Part shown: in pieces, positions 19,157 through 28,147 of the stretch
Layout of the letters: every line of letters begins with the position of its first letter
Numbering within the stretch: the first letter of the stretch is position 1
Translations under genes and position numbers: made by a program
The notes under the pieces: model-generated
What the model saw: only the letters and a program-made list of their open reading frames with translations
Told to the model about the DNA's origin: nothing
The model's database searches: none
Source: Candidatus Peregrinibacteria bacterium CG11_big_fil_rev_8_21_14_0_20_49_14
Lineage (GTDB): Bacteria > Patescibacteriota > Gracilibacteria > Peribacterales > Peribacteraceae
Length of the DNA: 64,000 nucleotides
Direction of reading: 5' to 3'
Assembly (NCBI GenBank): GCA_002787035.1
Contig: PCVP01000034.1
Span: 15,902 to 79,901, forward strand

Positions 19157-19533
19157 CTTGCTCCTTGCGGGGGAACGGCACATCCGTTTTTGCAGTATGT
19201 ATGTTTGGCACGACCGTTGCTGCCTACGTATGTGAGCACCTGAGGCTGCGTACACATACCTTCCGGATTGGGCAAAGGCTCGCATGTTCCTTCCAAGTTA
19301 CAAACGGAGTACGGACCCTTGCAGTCGGCACTGCCTACGCATGTTTCTTTTTGAATCAATCTCTCGGGTAGTTGTGTTTGTAGTTCTCCGTTTTCGTTCA
19401 GTAACGTACTGGCACCGAGCAGAGAGGCGTTGCGATGTGCAATGAATACGATGGCGGCAAGTGCGAGTCCTGCGGCACATACTTTTCGTATATCACGCTT
19501 GACGGGGTTCTTTTGCGGAGCACGTATTGGCAT
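19147..19533 (-). CDS. Small membrane-anchored Cys-rich protein
   Basis: 128 aa with one N-terminal TM segment (VCAAGLALAAIVFIA) and eight Cys in the exported part. It overlaps the DsbA-like gene start by 10 nt, which suggests co-transcription. Confidence 0.5.
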   Translation of the reverse strand: MPIRAPQKNPVKRDIRKVCAAGLALAAIVFIAHRNASLLGASTLLNENGELQTQLPERLIQKETCVGSADCKGPYSVCNLEGTCEPLPNPEGMCTQPQVLTYVGSNGRAKHTYCKNGCAVPPQGARCL

Positions 19534-19611
19534 GAAATCAGTGTGCGTGAAGCGCTTTCGGAATGCAACTTACGAGGGAAATACTGTGGCAAAGCGGCAC
19601 TTCGCGGTACG

Positions 19612-20358
19612 ATGAGCCCGATGTCTCAACGCATACGACTCCTCGGAATTCCCATAGATACTCTTACCGGGGAAGAGGCGTGTGCGCGCATGATCGGTTT
19701 TCTGGCAGGCGGTGCACAACACCACGTACTCACGCCCAACAGCGAGATGCTCGTTGCATCCGTACGTGACACGGATTTTCGTCGAGTGCTACAGGAGGGA
19801 GATCTGAATATTCCCGACAGTGCGGGGCTGCTTCTCATGGCAAGGTTTACGGGTCAGAAAATTCCCGAACGAGTAACAGGGGTGGATACCGTACGGCAAT
19901 TTTGTTCACAGCTTTCATCCGAGCACTCTGTTTTTCTTCTCGGAGCGGGAGAGGGGGTGGCGGAGCGTGCGGCCGACGCGCTGCGCGCCGCCAATGCGCA
20001 GTTGGTCGTAGCGGGAACATTCGCAGGCAGTCCGTCTCCCGAAGATGAAGACGAAATATGTGAGCGCATTCGAACGTCGGGTGCGTCGGTTCTTTTCGTT
20101 GCCTACGGTGCGCCCGCGCAAGATATGTGGATAGCGCGCACATTGAAAAATCTGCCCTCCGTTTCCATTGCCATGGGAGTGGGGGGAACGTTTGATTTTC
20201 TTGCCGGCAAACAGAAGCGAGCGCCGAAGTTTTTTCAGCGTTGCGGATTGGAATGGCTGTGGCGACTCATGCGCGAACCGCGACGAATAGGCCGCATAGT
20301 AACTGCGGTCATCGTGTTTCCTCTGTGTGTGTTGCGATACGGGAAAAATGCACCGTGA
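19612..20358 (+). CDS. WecB/TagA/CpsF-family glycosyltransferase
   Basis: Start trimmed to MSPMSQRIRLLGIPIDTLT (ATG at 19612), giving the typical length of about 248 aa. Family blocks are present: HVLTPNSEMLV, IPDSAGLL, GAPAQDMW, GVGGTFDFLAG and APKFFQRCGLEWLWRL. Confidence 0.85.
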   Translation: MSPMSQRIRLLGIPIDTLTGEEACARMIGFLAGGAQHHVLTPNSEMLVASVRDTDFRRVLQEGDLNIPDSAGLLLMARFTGQKIPERVTGVDTVRQFCSQLSSEHSVFLLGAGEGVAERAADALRAANAQLVVAGTFAGSPSPEDEDEICERIRTSGASVLFVAYGAPAQDMWIARTLKNLPSVSIAMGVGGTFDFLAGKQKRAPKFFQRCGLEWLWRLMREPRRIGRIVTAVIVFPLCVLRYGKNAP

Positions 20359-20389
20359 GATTTACTGAGCATTTTTCTAAAAACCAACA

Positions 20390-20881
20390 TTACAGCTTTT
20401 TAAGAAAGTCTATATACCGTTCTTGGTATCCTTTTTTACGATAGATATTTTGAGCGTCTTCGTTGGTGGCCAAACAGGAAATTTCTGCATACTCACATCC
20501 GCTTTCTCTGAAAAATTCTTCAATGCTTTCAAGGAGACTCGACGACACTCCTTTCCCCCGAAAAATTTCTGAAACAAACAGAGCGTCTATGATGCCTTGT
20601 TTTATGGGAAATTTACTCAGAGCGTCCACTCCTTCCGACTCCTCAATCGTTGCCATGAGATAGCCCGCGGGCTTTTTGTCTACGAATGCAATTAAAACTT
20701 TTCCATGAAAATCCGAAACTTTCTTTAAACGAGCTTCGATATACTTTTCTGCGTTGAAATCTTCTTTCGGGCGGAAGAGATGATGCGGATCTAAAGAGGC
20801 CATACGGTCTATTAATCCGGTAGCCATTTCAATCAGATATGCATGATCTTTTTTGCAATACTCTCGAATATCAGTGCTCAT
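20390..20881 (-). CDS. GNAT-family N-acetyltransferase
   Basis: The acetyl-CoA loop is present as FVSEIFRGKGVSSSLLESIEEF, with a C-terminal NEDAQNIYRKKGY. Confidence 0.85.
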   Translation of the reverse strand: MSTDIREYCKKDHAYLIEMATGLIDRMASLDPHHLFRPKEDFNAEKYIEARLKKVSDFHGKVLIAFVDKKPAGYLMATIEESEGVDALSKFPIKQGIIDALFVSEIFRGKGVSSSLLESIEEFFRESGCEYAEISCLATNEDAQNIYRKKGYQERYIDFLKKL

Positions 20882-20940
20882 ACAAAAATAGTATCAGTAT
20901 CGGGTAGTACATCTCAATTCCGGAAACTCCTGTCGTACTT

Positions 20941-21264
20941 CTAACTATCTTCATGCAGCGACTCCACGCTTTCCACGTACCACTTCTCGGCTCCTTTTTT
21001 CAGGATAACAAGCTTCATTCCGTCCTTCGTTTCCGCCAGGTAATCACGTTGTGTTTCCGTTTCACGGAGCACGTCCACCGAGCGAATATCTTCGTCGGGT
21101 AGCAGAAGGTAAATGGCAATATCGGGCTTCTCTATGAGTGCCGCTTTCATATTCAGAGTCGCGCGCGCAAGACCCGCAGCGACAGATACGATGATCGCAC
21201 AGAGCACCACAGCCCAGCTGATGGTATTGAGAAACCGTAAGCGAGAAATCCTATGTATGTCCAT
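20941..21264 (-). CDS. Small membrane-anchored hypothetical protein
   Basis: Only the distal 107 codons of the 240-aa track ORF are kept (MDIHRISRLRFLNTISWAVVLCAIIVSVAAG...). The rest is antisense to gpmI and has a non-protein-like composition. Confidence 0.45.
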   Translation of the reverse strand: MDIHRISRLRFLNTISWAVVLCAIIVSVAAGLARATLNMKAALIEKPDIAIYLLLPDEDIRSVDVLRETETQRDYLAETKDGMKLVILKKGAEKWYVESVESLHEDS

Positions 21265-21313
21265 AGATCGTAACATGATAGCAGATTTTTGGGAGGAGTG
21301 GTAGTGTAAGCCC

Positions 21314-22822
21314 GTGCAACGCGTTTGTCTCGTGATTATCGACGGCTTTGGCGTAGCCCCTCCCGGGCCCGGCAACGCGCGTACTTTGGCGAATATGCCG
21401 ACGATTTCTGCGATGGAGGAGTCCGTACCCAATGTGCTTATGCATGCGTCGGGAAACTCCGTGGGTTTGCCGGAAGGGCAGCAGGGAGCCAGTGAACCAG
21501 GACATCTTACCATGGGGGCGGGTCGCATAGTGTGGCAGCCGTTGGAAGAAATTAACCAGGCGGTGGCGAATGGAACGTTCGATGACAATGCCGTATTGGT
21601 CGGTGCGTGCGAACGTGCGGTAAAAAAGGGGGTTGCTCTGCACCTCATAGGTTTGTACTCCACGGGAGGAGTGCACAGCTCCGCCGAGCACTACAATGCC
21701 ATGTTGCGTCTCGCGAAGAAGAAAGGGGTGGAGAAGGTTTACTTGCATCTCATCGGTGACGGAAGAGACATGCCCGAACAGTATTTCTGCACCGACTTTC
21801 AGCTTCTGCAAAAAGAAATAGACAGTACCAAGCTCGGTATTGTCGCTTCTCTGGTCGGAAGATTTTTCGCCATGGACAGAGACAAGCAGTACGCAGACCG
21901 CACCAAAATCGCATACGATCTGCTTACCCTTGGCGAAGGGGAAACAGTGGAAGATGTGTGTGAAGGGGCCAAAGCTTGGTACATACAGGCGCCCGACAAG
22001 GAGAAGACGGACTACTACATTCGGCCTCTTACAACTCCCGCTTTCCAACCCATTCAAGAGGAAGACATTGTGGTGTGTGTGAACTTTCGCAGTGATCGCA
22101 TGATTCAAATAGTCCGAGCACTCGAAGAAGAAAGCTTTTCGGAATTTCCTCGCCCTGTTCGCGTGACGGATGTCAGTTGTATGGGGCCGTATTCCGAGCA
22201 CTTGCCGGTGGCTTTTCCTCCGCGGGAGGTGCCGCACACACTCGGGGAAGTGGTATCCGATGCGGGGTTGAAACAGCTTCGTGTAGCGGAAACAGATAAA
22301 TTTGCTCACGTGACATTTTTCTTCAATGCGCAGCAGCATGACCCGTACCCCGGGGAAGACCGTCTGATGATAGAGTCACCGAAGGTGCACAATTTTGCAG
22401 ACACTCCGAAAATGAGTGCGCACAAAGTTGCAGATACGGTCATAGAACAGGCGAAAAAAAGTGAGTACGACCTTATTGTTATGAATTTTGCCAATCCCGA
22501 CTTGGTCGGACACGGCGGTAAGTTGGATGCTGCCGTTATCGCATGCGAGACGGTGGACTCAGAACTCGCACGTCTTCTGCCCGCCTTGGAAGAAGCGGGG
22601 TACGAGTGGATAGTCACATCGGACCATGGCAATGCGGAGTGCATGCTGCTGGAAGACGGGAAAACGGCAAACCCGAGTCACACCGCAAATCTCGTACAAA
22701 CATTCGTACATTCCAAGCAGGTCACATCTTCGAAAGATCTGAAAAACTGCACAGGACTCAAAGATATAGCCCCTTTGCTTCTAAAGATGATGGGGCTTCC
22801 TGTGCCGAAGGATATGCGGTAG
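21314..22822 (+). CDS. gpmI: 2,3-bisphosphoglycerate-independent phosphoglycerate mutase
   Basis: 502 aa with the blocks VIIDGFG, GASEPGHLTMGAGR, HLIGDGRD, VTSDHGNAE and NPDLVGHGG, typical of iPGM. Confidence 0.95.
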   Translation: MQRVCLVIIDGFGVAPPGPGNARTLANMPTISAMEESVPNVLMHASGNSVGLPEGQQGASEPGHLTMGAGRIVWQPLEEINQAVANGTFDDNAVLVGACERAVKKGVALHLIGLYSTGGVHSSAEHYNAMLRLAKKKGVEKVYLHLIGDGRDMPEQYFCTDFQLLQKEIDSTKLGIVASLVGRFFAMDRDKQYADRTKIAYDLLTLGEGETVEDVCEGAKAWYIQAPDKEKTDYYIRPLTTPAFQPIQEEDIVVCVNFRSDRMIQIVRALEEESFSEFPRPVRVTDVSCMGPYSEHLPVAFPPREVPHTLGEVVSDAGLKQLRVAETDKFAHVTFFFNAQQHDPYPGEDRLMIESPKVHNFADTPKMSAHKVADTVIEQAKKSEYDLIVMNFANPDLVGHGGKLDAAVIACETVDSELARLLPALEEAGYEWIVTSDHGNAECMLLEDGKTANPSHTANLVQTFVHSKQVTSSKDLKNCTGLKDIAPLLLKMMGLPVPKDMR

Positions 22823-22845
22823 TTAAACGCAATTATTCATTCATC

Positions 22846-23652
22846 ATGAACAACAATTATTACGTCTACGTTTACATTGATCCTCGAAACTACGAGGAGT
22901 TTTATTATGGAAAAGGTAAAGGAAATCGAATGAAAGCTCACCTCAATGATGAAAGCGATACGGAAAAGGTCAAAAGAATAAAGGCAATTCAAAAAGAAGG
23001 GCTCGAACCGATTATTAAAGTAATTGCAAAAGGCCTGACCGAAAGTGAAGCGTTTCTGATTGAAAAAACTTTGATTTGGAAATTAGGGAGAAATTTAACA
23101 AATATCTTGCCAGGCCATTTTGCTGACAAATTCAGACCACACAATACTTTGCACTTGAACCTTAATTGTTTTGATTTTGAGAACGGAATTTTTTATGTGA
23201 ATGTCGGCGAAGGAGAAACAAGGGCATGGGAAGATTGCCGAAATTTTGGCTTTTTAGCGGCCGGCCAAGGAATCCAATGGAGCGGTCCATTACAAACGCT
23301 AAATGTTGGTGATGTTATCGTGGCTTACCTAAAGCGAAAAGGTTATGTTGGTATTGGGAAGGTTACAGAAAAAGCCAAGCGCATTTTGGATTTCAAATTT
23401 GATGGCAAATCACTAAAAAGCCAAAATTTAGTCGGCCCTGATCTCTTCAAAAATTCCGATAACGAAAATTCCGAATATCTTGTCAAAATCAAATGGACTA
23501 AAAGCGTTCCTGCAAACGAAGCAAAATGGAAAAACAATTTTGGCCTTTTCACGACTCAACTAATCAAGGCATCTCTCGAAAACCAAATCAAAACAATTAA
23601 GTTCTTAGAAAAGGAATTTGAGGTGATCTTTCAAAATATAATGAATGAATAA
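22846..23652 (+). CDS. GIY-YIG nuclease domain fused to a C-terminal beta-rich (PUA/EVE-like?) domain
   Basis: Start trimmed to MNNNYYVYVYIDPRNYEEFYYGKGKGNRMKAHL, which contains the GIY...YxGKG...R...H pattern. The C-terminal half has WEDCRNFGFLAAGQG...LNVGDVIVAYLKRKGYVGIGKV. The gene is visibly more AT-rich than both flanks. Confidence 0.8.
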   Translation: MNNNYYVYVYIDPRNYEEFYYGKGKGNRMKAHLNDESDTEKVKRIKAIQKEGLEPIIKVIAKGLTESEAFLIEKTLIWKLGRNLTNILPGHFADKFRPHNTLHLNLNCFDFENGIFYVNVGEGETRAWEDCRNFGFLAAGQGIQWSGPLQTLNVGDVIVAYLKRKGYVGIGKVTEKAKRILDFKFDGKSLKSQNLVGPDLFKNSDNENSEYLVKIKWTKSVPANEAKWKNNFGLFTTQLIKASLENQIKTIKFLEKEFEVIFQNIMNE

Positions 23653-23785
23653 CAGCGTTTAACACGGGTTATGCGGCTCAGGCTGGCTCCGTTTTGATTT
23701 CCAATGAAGGTCGCCAGCCTTCGCCCAAATCGCCGGATGGGTGAAAAAAATTGTACCATCCGGCGACTTCGCACAAGCCGAAACG

Positions 23786-24124
23786 TTATTTTTTCAGAAA
23801 TCTCTCGAAGTGTTCCGAGTTAAACAGCGTCTTCACACGTGAAATATATACACGGCACCTTTTGAGTACAATGGCATTGTAGATGCGCCAGTATTCGCTC
23901 GGATCCATATCCATGCGAATGGTACATGTTCTCATGCATGTTACTTTCGGAGTCTTCATATCGCAGTGCAGTGTTTCCATCGTGCGGCGAAAGAACTCGA
24001 TTGTCAGTTGTTGCGCACGCAGAATTTCGCCGGATACAAGATGTTTCTGCATCCGTATTTTTCGTATTTCATCGGGCAGTTCGCAAACTAGGTAGTATCG
24101 GTCCACAGATGTGCATTGTATCAT
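23786..24124 (-). CDS. Hypothetical basic protein (112 aa)
   Basis: This is the only sizeable ORF between the GIY-YIG gene and the epimerase, and it is divergent from the epimerase. No motif recognised. Confidence 0.35.
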   Translation of the reverse strand: MIQCTSVDRYYLVCELPDEIRKIRMQKHLVSGEILRAQQLTIEFFRRTMETLHCDMKTPKVTCMRTCTIRMDMDPSEYWRIYNAIVLKRCRVYISRVKTLFNSEHFERFLKK

Positions 24125-24179
24125 CTGTTTCTTTTATATCGAGGACAGGCTTTTGTGATTCCACTTCCTTCGCTAGTGT

Positions 24180-25508
24180 ATGCGGGTGCAGGAAATTACC
24201 TACCGTTCTCCGGATTTTTTCGACGCTATTGCATCGGAAGAGAGTACACATGTGCATCTTATTCTTATTGCGACCAAGCCCGATATCATTAAGCAGGTTC
24301 CTCTGTATAAAGAATTGCAAAGCAGGGGGCATCTTGTTGTGCTCGGTCATACCGGTCAGCACTACGATGAAAATTTAAGCGGAGGAATGTTAAAAGAGTT
24401 CGGTGTGGAACCGGATTTTAATTTAAATGTTCGCGGGGCATCGTACGAAGTCGTCAGCCAGATTATCGGAAGGCTCGGGTACGTAATGCAGGAACTGAAA
24501 GAGCGCGGAAAAACCGTTGTGCCGTACGTGCATGGCGATACCACAACTGCCATGGCGGCCAGCAATGCGGGTTTTTGCCACAAGTTTGCATCCGTTCATG
24601 TGGAGGCTGGTATTCGCACGCTCACTCCCAAATACAGGGAATTTGATCTCGGTGACCACGGTTTTGATTGTGCGGGGTGGCGTCGATTTCTTATGGATCG
24701 ACAGAACTGGGAGCAGGGAAGCCAAGAGCCGTACCCCGAGCAATTCAACACTCGTTGCAGCGAAGCCGCCACGGGCATACACCTGGCGCCCGTGGAGCTG
24801 GACAGGGAATGTATGTTGGGAGAAGGTTTTTGTGACGACAGAATATTTGTGGTGGGTAATTCCGTGGCAGATGCGACCATGGAGGCGATGGAACGTATGA
24901 ATTCGTCCACGGTCTTCGACCGGCATCCGCAGCTTGCCGACGGAGACTTCGTTCGTTTCTGCATACATCGCGGAGAGAACTGCACCAGTGAGCATCGTTT
25001 CAGATCCATCTACGATGCCATGAAATTATGCATAGAAGAGGGACGTAAAGTTCTGCTCATTTCTCTCTTCAAAACAGAGCAAGCTCTCACAAATTTCGGA
25101 TTGAAAGAAGAGGTGGAACAGCTGGCAAAAGATCATGAAAATTTTGTATACAGTTCCGTGTGGCCGGAATACGTGGATGTCATAGCGGCTATGAGCAGGG
25201 CATCTGTTTGTGCAACGGATTCGGGTTCTATGCAGGAGGAAATGAATGTGATGGGCATTCCGTGTGTAACACTGCGTTTCGGTTCCGACAGGTCGGAGTC
25301 TGCCATGGCAGGTGGGAATCTTATTGCACCGCCCGTGGACAGCGGCGTCATTCACTCACTTGTCACCTACGCGTGGGATAACGACGCAATGAAAAATGCT
25401 CCGAAACTTTACGGAGAGAATGTAAGTGCCAGGTGCATAGATGCCGTGGAATCCATTTTGGAAAAAGGAGAAGTATTCCGCAGTGATGACGAACGTCTTT
25501 CCCTGTAA
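24180..25508 (+). CDS. UDP-N-acetylglucosamine 2-epimerase family protein
   Basis: Family blocks are present: LILIATKPDIIKQVPL, GHTGQHYD, VHGDTTT and HVEAGIRT. An in-frame GTG at 24252 with an upstream GGAAGAG would give the more typical N-terminus (M)HLILIAT. Confidence 0.85.
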   Translation: MRVQEITYRSPDFFDAIASEESTHVHLILIATKPDIIKQVPLYKELQSRGHLVVLGHTGQHYDENLSGGMLKEFGVEPDFNLNVRGASYEVVSQIIGRLGYVMQELKERGKTVVPYVHGDTTTAMAASNAGFCHKFASVHVEAGIRTLTPKYREFDLGDHGFDCAGWRRFLMDRQNWEQGSQEPYPEQFNTRCSEAATGIHLAPVELDRECMLGEGFCDDRIFVVGNSVADATMEAMERMNSSTVFDRHPQLADGDFVRFCIHRGENCTSEHRFRSIYDAMKLCIEEGRKVLLISLFKTEQALTNFGLKEEVEQLAKDHENFVYSSVWPEYVDVIAAMSRASVCATDSGSMQEEMNVMGIPCVTLRFGSDRSESAMAGGNLIAPPVDSGVIHSLVTYAWDNDAMKNAPKLYGENVSARCIDAVESILEKGEVFRSDDERLSL

Positions 25509-25514
25509 AAAATT

Positions 25515-26918
25515 ATGATGCAACGTGCTCGTGAGTGGCTCTCCGTTCTTCTCATCGGTTTACTGCCGTTGCACGCGTTGTTCGTCACTATCTGTACCAA
25601 GATGCTTCTCGGTGCGGGCCACGCTCCGCTGCCGGTATTGGCGCTATGGAAAGAGGTGCTTCTCGCCATCATTCTTGCGATTGCGATTTTTGAAATACTC
25701 CGCAGCAAGGAAAAGAGCGTAAAAGAAGTGTGCACTCCGGACAGGTTGGATGCATGTATTCTCGCACTACTCTTCCTTTCTGTTGTGGTGGGTGTGTTCG
25801 TACAGGAGAACTGGAAACAGTATCTTCTCGGACTGAAGTACGACTTCCTGCCTCTACTCGCCTTCATGGTGTTACGGAGGGTGTCGTGGTCTCAATGGTG
25901 TTCCTCTGTGTTTATAAAGGTGATTCTTTGGATCGGCGGAGCAGTTGCTTTCTACGGCCTTCTCAGCATGGTGCTCCCCATGGAATTTTTCCGTGCACTC
26001 GGATACAGCGATCTCCATTCTCTCTACCTTCCCGAAAGACCGTTGGCTGCGTTTCATCTCATAGGAGACAGCGGTGTGCGACGTATTCAGAGCACGTTCA
26101 GCGGCCCGAACCAGTTTGGCTTATGGCTGCTTTTGCCTTGGAGCTTTGGCATCGTGATTTTTTTCTCCGCGTGGTTCCGGGCGGAGTATCCGCTGCTGCG
26201 CTTTGGCGCGCAGCGAACACGCAGTCAGCAATGCATTTTGAGCCTGTTGTACTTGGTACTCATCGGTGGAGCAATGCTGCTCACATTCTCTCGCACCGCA
26301 TGGATTTCCGCCGCTGTAATCACGGTGGTATTCATTGTGAAAACATTGCCAAGGCCACGTGCAAAAATACAGCTCGTCCGCCTCTTGGGTGTGGGAGGTA
26401 TGCTGCTTGTCCTGCTCGTTATCAGTGCACCTGCAACCGTGGTACGTCTGGCATCCACGAAAGACCATATCCTCAAACCTCTCATTGCCGTCGGCGCCGT
26501 TGCAAGCCGACCCTTTGGGCAGGGTCTTGGCACCGCGGGTCCTGCGAGCAATCGCTTCAGCGATGCGTGTGTGTTTTTGGAACCATCCGCCGATCCTTCT
26601 TGGGCGACGGAAAGACAAGAGCTGTGTGTCTTCGTGGGAGACCTGCAAGTGCAACCGCAGAATCGCACATGCAACTGTCCGTTCGTAACGGAGAACTGGT
26701 ATTTGCAGATAGCCGTGGAAATGGGAGTGCTTGGGTGCATGATCTACATCATCTTTACGCTCTCGGTTCTCTTGCGCCTTGTTTCATCTTCCGCTTTGTT
26801 TCTGCCGTTCCTCGGTATTTCTACGGCAGGATTATTCTTACATTCTTGGGAATCCGGTGCGATTGCTTACACGCTGTGGATACTGATATCCGTTCAGCTC
26901 ACACCCAAGCGTTCCTGA
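25515..26918 (+). CDS. O-antigen ligase / Wzy-like polymerase family membrane protein
   Basis: 467 aa and poly-topic, with the characteristic loop LLTFSRTAWISAAVITVV. It abuts the epimerase with a 6-nt gap. Confidence 0.8.
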   Translation: MMQRAREWLSVLLIGLLPLHALFVTICTKMLLGAGHAPLPVLALWKEVLLAIILAIAIFEILRSKEKSVKEVCTPDRLDACILALLFLSVVVGVFVQENWKQYLLGLKYDFLPLLAFMVLRRVSWSQWCSSVFIKVILWIGGAVAFYGLLSMVLPMEFFRALGYSDLHSLYLPERPLAAFHLIGDSGVRRIQSTFSGPNQFGLWLLLPWSFGIVIFFSAWFRAEYPLLRFGAQRTRSQQCILSLLYLVLIGGAMLLTFSRTAWISAAVITVVFIVKTLPRPRAKIQLVRLLGVGGMLLVLLVISAPATVVRLASTKDHILKPLIAVGAVASRPFGQGLGTAGPASNRFSDACVFLEPSADPSWATERQELCVFVGDLQVQPQNRTCNCPFVTENWYLQIAVEMGVLGCMIYIIFTLSVLLRLVSSSALFLPFLGISTAGLFLHSWESGAIAYTLWILISVQLTPKRS

Positions 26919-26920
26919 TT

Positions 26921-27457
26921 TCACACAACGTTTATTTGTGATGTCGTACCGGCCTCTGACTTTGGTGATGAGTCACTCATGGTAAATCCGGTGTGGTATT
27001 CCACAATCGCACGTGCGTTGCTCATGCATTCCAAATGCAGAGAAGCGAATTTGGATGCCCGTTCATCCAATGTGATTTTAAGTTCTCTTAGCATTGCACT
27101 CAGTTCCGCTTGGTACCCGTCTTTGATTGCTGCCAACTCGTTGGTCAAACCTTGTTGCAAACACGGATCTTCTTCCATTTTTTCTTTTTGTGCCGCAGCG
27201 TCTCCCCACATTCGCGGTCTGGTTTTCTTTCGTGCCTGTCGCAATTTTTGTACGGCAACTTCCGCTTCCGCAAGAAGTGTTGCCTTCTTTTCTTCTGCCG
27301 CCTGAAGCAATGCGATAAAAGCTGTCCGAAATTCATCTTTGTATTCCGCAAAGAGTCTTGCAGATCCCTCAATGAGCACAGCGTCCAATTCTTCATACTT
27401 CTTCGCTGCCGCACACGCTGTAAGAAATTTGCCATTCTGCATGTCAAGTATATTCAT
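26921..27457 (-). CDS. Hypothetical helical protein (178 aa)
   Basis: It has coiled-coil-like composition and is the last of three same-strand orphan genes. No motif recognised. Confidence 0.5.
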   Translation of the reverse strand: MNILDMQNGKFLTACAAAKKYEELDAVLIEGSARLFAEYKDEFRTAFIALLQAAEEKKATLLAEAEVAVQKLRQARKKTRPRMWGDAAAQKEKMEEDPCLQQGLTNELAAIKDGYQAELSAMLRELKITLDERASKFASLHLECMSNARAIVEYHTGFTMSDSSPKSEAGTTSQINVV

Positions 27458-27553
27458 CCTTTTGCGCCGCAGTTGTCAAAGACATAGAAAGCTCTTTCGT
27501 ACGTCTTTCTTCAATAGTGGCTTTCTGCAGGGAAGCAGAGCGGCAACACGATG

Positions 27554-28057
27554 TTATGCTGCGCGTTTCATTGTACCTTCTCCCATATCTGCATCGGGCA
27601 GAGGGAGCACAGTTTTGAACGGATGTTCACCCAGTTGAGTCGGCTGCAACTCATGAAGAGCGGAGATGGCATGGGAAGATTCCAGCGCATCCTCACTTTC
27701 AAGCACGGCAAGTTTCACCATTGAAAGAAAATGAGTAACGGCAATCATATCAATGATCGTGGTCATCTCCGGTGTGCGTTCGAAAGCCGGTGCGATGTTG
27801 AATACATATGCGGTAACTGCAGCTTCCGAATCGATATGATCTTGTTCTTTTGCGGCCATTTGCCACTCTTCGTCTTCCAGACCATATGAGCGAATGTGGG
27901 CAGTGAGAGACAGAATTCTCCTCATACGGTTTTCAAATTCCACTTTATTGCGGTCCACAAGCAATGTTTCAAACAGATCATTGCACTGTTCTACAGTCGT
28001 AAGTGCCGCAAGTTCCGTAAGCCAGCCTTTGAGATTATGTTCTTCCGGTCGGTTCAT
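27554..28057 (-). CDS. Hypothetical acidic protein (167 aa)
   Basis: Middle gene of the orphan trio. Its composition is protein-like, whereas the antisense ORF 27896..28846 is Cys/Phe/Arg-rich. Confidence 0.5.
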   Translation of the reverse strand: MNRPEEHNLKGWLTELAALTTVEQCNDLFETLLVDRNKVEFENRMRRILSLTAHIRSYGLEDEEWQMAAKEQDHIDSEAAVTAYVFNIAPAFERTPEMTTIIDMIAVTHFLSMVKLAVLESEDALESSHAISALHELQPTQLGEHPFKTVLPLPDADMGEGTMKRAA

Positions 28058-28147
28058 ATGAGAAGTGACCCTTCATTATTCTCCGTACCGAGTATGCAGT
28101 CAAAAGACTCCGTAAGCTTTTTGTGCTGTTGTAACGGTAGACCATTA

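Noticed and set aside
21251-22339. 362-aa reverse-strand ORF over gpmI, and the long N-terminal part of ORF 20941..21663
   Set aside because: It is antisense to the clearly recognisable iPGM gene. Only the distal 107 codons of 20941..21663, which lie outside gpmI and have a TM anchor, were kept as a possible gene.
25730-26941. 403-aa alternative-frame ORF inside the O-antigen ligase gene
   Set aside because: It lies on the same strand in an overlapping frame of a polytopic membrane protein that carries the family motif. Its translation is Arg/Cys/Gly-rich and not membrane-like.
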